A stretch of 64,000 nucleotides of DNA from an uncultured delta proteobacterium. Lineage in GTDB: Bacteria; Myxococcota; Kuafuiibacteriia; Kuafuiibacteriales; Kuafuiibacteriaceae. Made by a program: the position numbers and the translations under genes. The stretch's first letter is position 1, and each line of letters starts with the position of its first letter. Shown in pieces: positions 60,280-64,000 of this stretch. The notes below the pieces were generated by a model. It had not been told where the DNA came from. It ran no database searches and saw nothing but the letters and a program-made list of their open reading frames with translations. The stretch is from the NCBI GenBank assembly GCA_963803435.1, contig CAWDML010000002.1:218340-282339 (forward strand). Direction: 5' to 3'.

Positions 60280-61659
60280 CTAGGAGCGTGTAGCGCGTAA
60301 GCGCTCACGCGACCCCGGTCCGGGTCCCGGTCCCGGTCCGGGTCCCGATCTGAAGATGGCTGCCTTGAGTCAGACGCTCGCGACGGTCGCGAGCTTCAAT
60401 CGGTAGAGCTTGAGCAGGTTGTGGGTGAGGCAGACGAGCGTCCACTCGGCTCGTACCTTGAAGAAGGAGCGGAGCGAGAACCGGCGGAATCCTCGTGCCC
60501 CTTTGATCTGTCCGAGCGCCGGTTCGACGATACTCTTCCTGCGGGGGTAGACCGCCTTGCCGTCGCGCGTTTGCAACTTGTCTCGCATTCGCTTACGAGC
60601 GAGCGAGGCAGGTGTGGGCTCCGAAGCTGATGAGGACGGAGTCGACCGCGTCTTGGTTCTGTTCGGGTCCAACAGCGATGTGGGCATCGATCTGATTGTT
60701 GTCGCAGAATTCGATGTTGGTCGCGCTCAGATAGCCGTTGTCTGCCGTCATCTTCCGCGGAGCATCGCCGCAGTTGCCGAACACATCACGGAGCATCGGG
60801 ACGAGGTGTTGCTGATCAGGTGCCTGGTTGCTGACCCCTTCGGCGACAATCACCTGAGCGTGCTCATCTACGACAACTTGGGCATTGTAGGCCTGGAGGT
60901 ACGCTCCCTCCTTCAACATGATCCTGCTGTCTGAGTCGGTGAAGTTCCTCTGAGCGTTGGGCCTCGGTGTGCCGTCCACATTTGCAGGAACGCGATGATG
61001 CGGCCATCCATCATTTCGTTCAGTTGGGTCTGGGATGGTTCGAGCTGGTCAGCCTGCGCTCTTGCCTTCTCGGCTCGAGTTCTCGCTCGCTTCTGCTTCA
61101 CCCAATCCACAAGAGCATCATCCGCTTTGCTCTGCTGCTCTTCGGCTTGCCTGCGCAATTTCTCCGCGCGAGCCCTGGCGGCATCCTGTTCCAGCGCAGC
61201 CTTCGCTTCTCGAATGCGGGCAAGGTGGGATTCACGGCGAGCGAGCTCCGCTGGGATGTCCTCTTCAGTCTCTTCAACGCCCAGCCGCTCGTCTTCCTCT
61301 TGGTCAATCGTGCCCGCTCGCTCCAGCAGTTCTTCGATCTCGAGAGACAGCCGCTTCTCCTCCTCGGCCATCCGCTCGTAGGTCATCGCCTTGTGCTTGC
61401 TCGCGTTCGCCTGCACCTTCGAGCCATCGAGTGCGACGTGTCCGAGCCGCACCAAACCTGCTTTCTGGCAAAGCTTCAGGACTTCGAGGAAGAGCGCTTT
61501 CAGTGCCTCCAGGTGGACGAGCCGAAACTCGTTGATCGTCGTGAAGTGGGGATGACTTTCTCCAGCCAGCACCCGGAATGGAATGTCTTCATCGGGACCG
61601 GGACCGGGACCGGGACCCGGACCGGGCTCGCGGTAGCGCTACGCGCTACACGCTCCTAG
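60280..61659 (-). mobile_element. IS1182-family composite element, copy 3 (lacks the transposase 5' end and the four-helix gene)
   Basis: CTAG at 60280-60283 and 61656-61659; termini identical to copies 1 and 2. Confidence 0.9.
60370..61590 (-). pseudogene. IS1182-family transposase, 5'-truncated and frameshifted
   Basis: VALDGSKVQANAS, NFTDSDSRIM..YLQAYNAQVVVD, ADNGY, RRKSIVEP across three frames. Confidence 0.9.
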
Positions 61660-62843
61660 TCAGCTCGATCACTGATTTCTAGCGCATTTATCCGCGGTGG
61701 ACCTGCTTTGTGCGTCTGCCGAAATCCATGATCTTGTCGGGATCTCGTCGGCCGTCTTCGTCCATACGAAGGGCTTGCCTTTCTCGTTGTGCACTTCGAC
61801 GTAGTCGACGATCGCCTTGCGAAGTACCGGGACGCTGGTGTGGGAGCCGCGAGTGAGTGCTTCCTCGGTCAGCAGTGCGAAGAACCGTTCCACCAGGTTT
61901 AGCCATGAGGAATAGGTTGGTGTGAAGTGGAGCTGGAAGCGCGGATTGCGTAGCAGCCACCTCTTAACCTGTGGAGTCTTGTGCGTCGCGAGGTTGTCAG
62001 GGATGACGTGAACGTCAAGTTCCGGCTCTACCGCGTTGTCGATCGTCCCGAGGAATGCGACGAAGTCCTTCGCTCGGTGTCGTGCCTTGGTCTGCGCGAT
62101 GACCTTGCCCGTGGCGACGTTGAGGGCGGCGAAGAGGTCGAGCGTTCCGTGGCGGATGTAGTTGTGGGTCTGTCGCTCGGGCATCCCGAGATCGATCGGA
62201 AGGATCGGTTGAGCACGCTCCAGCGCCTGGACCTGCGGCTTCTCGTCGAAGGAGAACACGACAGCGTTGTCGGGCGGGCTGATGTACAGACCAACAACGT
62301 CGCGAATCTTCGAGATGAACTGCGGATCGTTCGACAACTTGAAACCGCGAACGACGTGGGGCTTGAGGCCATGCGCCCGCCAGATTCGTCCGACGCGACT
62401 GGCGCTCACCCCGGCATTCTTTGCCATCTTCCGCGTGCTCCAATGCGTACGGCCCTTCGGCGTCGTTTCCAGCGTTTGCACCACGATCTCTTCAACCTGA
62501 TCATCACTGATTTTTCGCGGAGCGCCGACGCGAGGCTGGTCGTACAGCCCCTCGAGACGGCACTCCGCAAACCGCCTTCTCCACAGACGAACGGTGTGGT
62601 GAGACACGTGATGGTTCCGCGCCACCGCCGCATCGGTCGCGCCAGTGGAACTGCTCAGCACCAGTTTCGCGCGAAGTGCCAGCTGTCGATTCGACCGCAC
62701 GCGACGAGTCAATCGTTCGAGCTCGCGCTGTTCGTCGTCAGTCAGCGTGATCTCCGTTTTTCGAGGTCCTTTGTTCGCCCCCACGAACCACGTAGATCAC
62801 ACAAAGGATCTACACGCTAGAGATTTCGGACCCGGCTGACTAG
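61656..62843 (-). mobile_element. IS630-family insertion sequence
   Basis: Imperfect IRs CTAGTCAGCtcGaTCactgATtTCTAGCG / CTAGTCAGCcgGgTCcgaaATcTCTAGCG at both ends. Confidence 0.9.
61688..62784 (-). CDS. IS630 transposase (probable late frameshift near 61740)
   Basis: HTH, WSTRKMA, FDEK, YIRHGT, DNLATHK, FTPTYSSWLNLVERFF, PFVWTKTADEI. Confidence 0.93.
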
Positions 62844-63197
62844 CGACGCATGAAGAGGGCGGGGCGTCGACGCCGGTCCAGACGATCGGCAGTTGACCTG
62901 CGGCAGGGGCTTGCAGGCGAGCCGGCCGTGCGTCGTGTCGGCGGCGATGTCGAGCGTCGCGCCGGGATGGCTGCCGCGCGGCGTGGAGGCATCGAGCGCG
63001 GCGAAGGGGACCTCGGTGTACGAGAGCTCTGAGCTCGAACCGGTCTGGATGCTGGTGAGGAGCGCGATCCAGACCGAGCCCTCGCGCTGGATCAAACCGA
63101 CGTCCTCCAGGTGGCGATCGCCGGCGACGTCCGGGAACGGCGCGTAGCCGGCCCACTGCCCGAAGTTGTCGATGGGGAGCAGCCGGGACGGCCGATT
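62840..63197 (-). pseudogene. 3' fragment of an unknown gene, probably ending at the TAG of CTAG 62840
   Basis: Coding-like frame (PIDNFGQWAGYAPFPDV...) unrelated to the protease it is joined to. Confidence 0.4.
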
Positions 63198-64000
63198 CGG
63201 GTCGCGGCCGACCATCTTGGCGTTGACCGTGTTGCCGTCATTGAGCACCACCGAGACGCCGCTGCCGCCGGAGATGACGTGGTCGTTGGTGAGGACGTAG
63301 CCGTCAGCGCTGATGACGAACCCCGAGCCGAGCGCCGTTCCGCCGGAGACCGGCACCTTGATGGTGACGACGCTGGGCAGGACGCGGGCGGCGATGGCGG
63401 CGAAGGACTGCGGCGGGCGCTGGGCCAACGCCGCGACGGTTCGGTTGGGACTGCCCAGCGGTGAGGACGGCGTGCGTGTGGCGGTGGCGAAGCCGACGCC
63501 GAGCGCGCCGCCGACAGCACCCGCGAACAGGGACACCGCGACCACGACACACGCCACCCACAGCAGGCGCCGGGTCACCCACGGTGTGCGGACATATTCC
63601 GGAGCCGGCGGTGGCTCGGTATGCCCGGGCGGGGTCAGGGCGACCGGTTGTGTCGCGGATCGCGCCACGGATCGTGAGTGGCGTCGATTGTCCACCAGTA
63701 CGGCGGATCGTCCTTCGGCGGCGGCGGCGTGACCCAGGAGGCGCTACTGCGCGGGTCGGACCAGGCGGGGTCGGCCCACATGGCCTCGGACGCGCGCGTC
63801 CCGACCGTCGCCTACGCCGGGCCGCGCGAACCGAGCGGCCGCCTCGTAACCCGGCGCGCCCGCCAACGAGACCCCCGAGGCGCTGGGCAAGAAGAAGGCG
63901 GAGAAGTCCGGCGAACCCGCAGGCGGCGGCGCCGAGGCGGCCATGCCGGCGGCCCCCTCGTCGTCGTCACCATCGGGCTGGCGCCAGTTCCAGCCGTCGG
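63198..64000 (-). pseudogene. Truncated HtrA/trypsin-like serine protease (actinobacterial style)
   Basis: AGAVGGALG TM, IAARVLPSVVTI, GSGFVI..DGYVLTNDHV, VGRDP then abrupt loss; N-terminal DGWNWRQP and DPWRDP with frameshifts. Confidence 0.75.

Noticed and set aside
62817-63695. 292 aa ORF as a novel protease fusion
   Set aside because: Lacks the catalytic Asp and Ser, ends inside the IS630 repeat, and is better explained as a chimeric junction.

Overview
GC-rich window (about 70% by eye) whose gene style suggests a Myxococcota/deltaproteobacterial genome; this is inferred from the Ser/Thr kinase, FHA/VWA proteins and Cys-rich lipoproteins. It encodes a partial type VI secretion cluster (tssJ-tssK-tssL-tssM only) flanked by VWA/FHA and PP2C-FHA signalling genes. 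It also holds two signal-peptide-less proteins with disordered N-termini and C-terminal lysozyme-like domains, a DedA/ABC/MMPL transport cluster, hsp20-lon, fhs, a VIT1 transporter, an RND efflux triad, the glgE-treS/mak-glgB pathway, msrB and a eukaryote-type hexokinase. The most striking structure is three differently deleted copies (2015-3470, 8251-8989, 60280-61659) of one ~2.1 kb element. It combines an IS1182-family transposase with a divergent four-helix-bundle (IVS/Avd-like) passenger gene, bounded by ~65 bp GGGACC-repeat inverted termini and CTAG duplications at gene 3' ends. The third copy shares its CTAG with an IS630. The last ~800 bp look like an actinobacterial-type HtrA fragment joined chimerically. 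Many genes carry single frameshifts, most likely long-read indel errors, so pseudogene calls and internal deletions need read-level checks. No rRNA, tRNA or CRISPR array was seen.
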